48,926 bases of DNA, taken from an uncultured Thermococci archaeon (GTDB taxonomy: Archaea; CAYQAE01; CAYVLA01). Made by a program: the position numbers and the translations under genes. Location: contig CAZJVP010000079.1 of the NCBI GenBank assembly GCA_964549615.1, forward strand, positions 1 to 48,926, read 5' to 3'. Below are positions 47,311-48,926 of this stretch, in pieces (position 1 is the first letter of the stretch; each line of letters opens with the position of its first letter). Under the pieces are notes generated by a model, which did no database searches, had not been told where the DNA came from, and was given only the letters and a program-made list of their open reading frames with translations.

Positions 47311-48117
47311 TCAAGGAGACTTGCGTTGCAAGATCATGTTCTTCCGCGACGCGAATGGCCCGGCCGTCCACAAGGACTGGGCCAGGTCATCGGGGGGTCG
47401 CGCCAGACGCTTGCTGAGGATCTCCAGCGCAAGCTCGGGGAAGTCCGTGATAATTGCGTAAACCCCTAGCTCGGCCAGCTTCTTCATGCCATCGACCTCG
47501 TTGACGGTGTAGACGAAGACGGCCAGGCCGAAGCGATGGGCCTTCTCGACAAGTTGACCATTGGCCCTGGACAAGGGGCATCCGACCGCGCCGCAGACGC
47601 CCGGGTCAAGGGATGCTATGTTATCTTGGGAGATGCCCAGCGCCAAGGTCCTTACACTCGGCTGGATCTTTCTTGCCTCGCCTAGCCGGGCATGGTTGAA
47701 GTCGAATATGATCACGTGATCAAGGTAACCGTGTTCCAGCACCTTGTCGATGACCTGCCGCGGGCTTGCGCTCTTCAGCTCGATGCAGAGATCGGCCTTT
47801 CCCCTGACCAGCTCCAACGCCTCATCAAGGGTGGGAACCGGCTCGCCTCGGAACCTAGGCCCGAACCATGATCCCGCGTCGAGCGTGCGGATCTGGGCGA
47901 GGGACATTTCGGAGATGAGGCCCTTCCCATTCGTGGTCCTCGACACATCCGGATCGTGGATGACAACGATCTCGCCGTCGGAGCTGGTGTGGACGTCGAC
48001 CTCGACCATCCTAGCCCCTATTTCCAGCGCCGCCTGAATCGAGGATATGGTGTTCTCCGGGGCAACTCCCGAGGCCCCGCGATGAGCCACCACCAAAGGT
48101 CCCGGTCCAACCAGCAA
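47311..48117 (-). CDS. Glycerophosphodiester phosphodiesterase
   Basis: AHRGASGVAPENT, EVDV, VVIHD, IELK, YTVN, IITDFP. Confidence 0.93.
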   Translation of the reverse strand: MLVGPGPLVVAHRGASGVAPENTISSIQAALEIGARMVEVDVHTSSDGEIVVIHDPDVSRTTNGKGLISEMSLAQIRTLDAGSWFGPRFRGEPVPTLDEALELVRGKADLCIELKSASPRQVIDKVLEHGYLDHVIIFDFNHARLGEARKIQPSVRTLALGISQDNIASLDPGVCGAVGCPLSRANGQLVEKAHRFGLAVFVYTVNEVDGMKKLAELGVYAIITDFPELALEILSKRLARPPDDLAQSLWTAGPFASRKNMILQRKSP

Positions 48118-48144
48118 ATTCTAATGCACCTCGCAGGCCCAGCG

Positions 48145-48926
48145 TCACGGGGCAGGGGCCATGATTGGCGGCTTCTGGCTTCGCATCACGTATAGCTCCG
48201 GCCTCAGGCATCTTGGCACGAAGTAGGGGTTGCGCCGCCTCTCCGCGATCTTAGCGGGGTCCAGCTCGGCGACCACCATGGCCTCCCCGTTGCCGGGCTC
48301 CCGGGTAAACGCGACCACCTTTCCGTCGGGGCCGAAAACCCCGGCCCACCCCGGGAACTTGATCTTGCTGCCTTCCTGCTTGGTCTTCCTACGCCTTCCC
48401 GCATTGTTCGCTACGATCCCGTAGGCCCCGTGGATGTAACAGTGGACCCTGTAGGTGAGCCCCGTCGGATCCTCCTCCGGAAAGGTTGCGCGCGGGCCGG
48501 TTTCGTAGGCAAAGGGCATTACGAAGATCTCGGCCCCTTTGAAGAATAGGGTCCGCGCCATCTCGCTGAAGAGGGAGTCGTAGCATATCGTTATGCCGAT
48601 CCTCGCCTTCCCAATGTCGATGGGCTCTATCTCGTAGCCGCCTCGCCAGTACAGGTATTCTATGCCGGGCATGTGGATCTTCCTCTGCTTGCCAAGCATC
48701 CCCTCGCCGTTCACCACGACCTGCGTGTTGTAGACGATGTCCGCCTCCTTCTCCAAGATGCCGAAGCACAGGATGGTGTTCAGCTCGCCGGCAACCCTCG
48801 TCAGGCGCTCAACGGAGGGACCCGGCACGGACTCCGCTACGTCCCACGCGTGGGATGAGTGGAAATACCCGCTCACGCCCAGCTCGGGGAATAGAATGAA
48901 CTCCGCCCCTTGGGAGGCAGCCTTCT
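48145..48926 (-). CDS. Carbon-nitrogen hydrolase (nitrilase superfamily); 5' end outside the window
   Basis: Frame open to the edge: GAEFILFPELGVSGY (Glu), RKIH (Lys), ICYD (Cys). Confidence 0.9.
   Translation of the reverse strand, partial: KAASQGAEFILFPELGVSGYFHSSHAWDVAESVPGPSVERLTRVAGELNTILCFGILEKEADIVYNTQVVVNGEGMLGKQRKIHMPGIEYLYWRGGYEIEPIDIGKARIGITICYDSLFSEMARTLFFKGAEIFVMPFAYETGPRATFPEEDPTGLTYRVHCYIHGAYGIVANNAGRRRKTKQEGSKIKFPGWAGVFGPDGKVVAFTREPGNGEAMVVAELDPAKIAERRRNPYFVPRCLRPELYVMRSQKPPIMAPAP

Overview
High-GC archaeal chromosomal segment; the lineage cannot be fixed from sequence alone. Housekeeping content: the exosome superoperon (rpl15e, rnp3, rnp2, SBDS, rrp4, rrp41, rrp42, rpl37ae, rpoP, pcc1, pfdB, DHH phosphoesterase), which here lacks proteasome alpha; nreA, sepS with a translin, taw1, a lone top6A, a PurF with its catalytic Cys replaced by Ser, a complete trpEGDCFBA operon, tpiA, an MFS transporter, a GDPD and a nitrilase-family gene. 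Accessory content: three MNT/HEPN-type loci (one decayed; two homologous copies bracket the trp operon), three paralogues of an unnamed membrane-anchored protein (two followed by a homologous partner gene), a collagen-like surface protein and an HtrA protease. The most striking feature is RNA-level: all three tRNA genes are interrupted. tRNA-Asn(GTT) at 44547-44740 is split into five exons by four introns (22/23, 37/38, 48/49, 63/64), each with a bulge-helix-bulge-type junction. The adjacent tRNA-Ile2(CAT) has a non-canonical 43/44 intron, and tRNA-Arg(CCT) has an intron whose splice helix matches a UCU rather than a CCU anticodon. All assignments come from manual reading and motif recognition; no searches were run.
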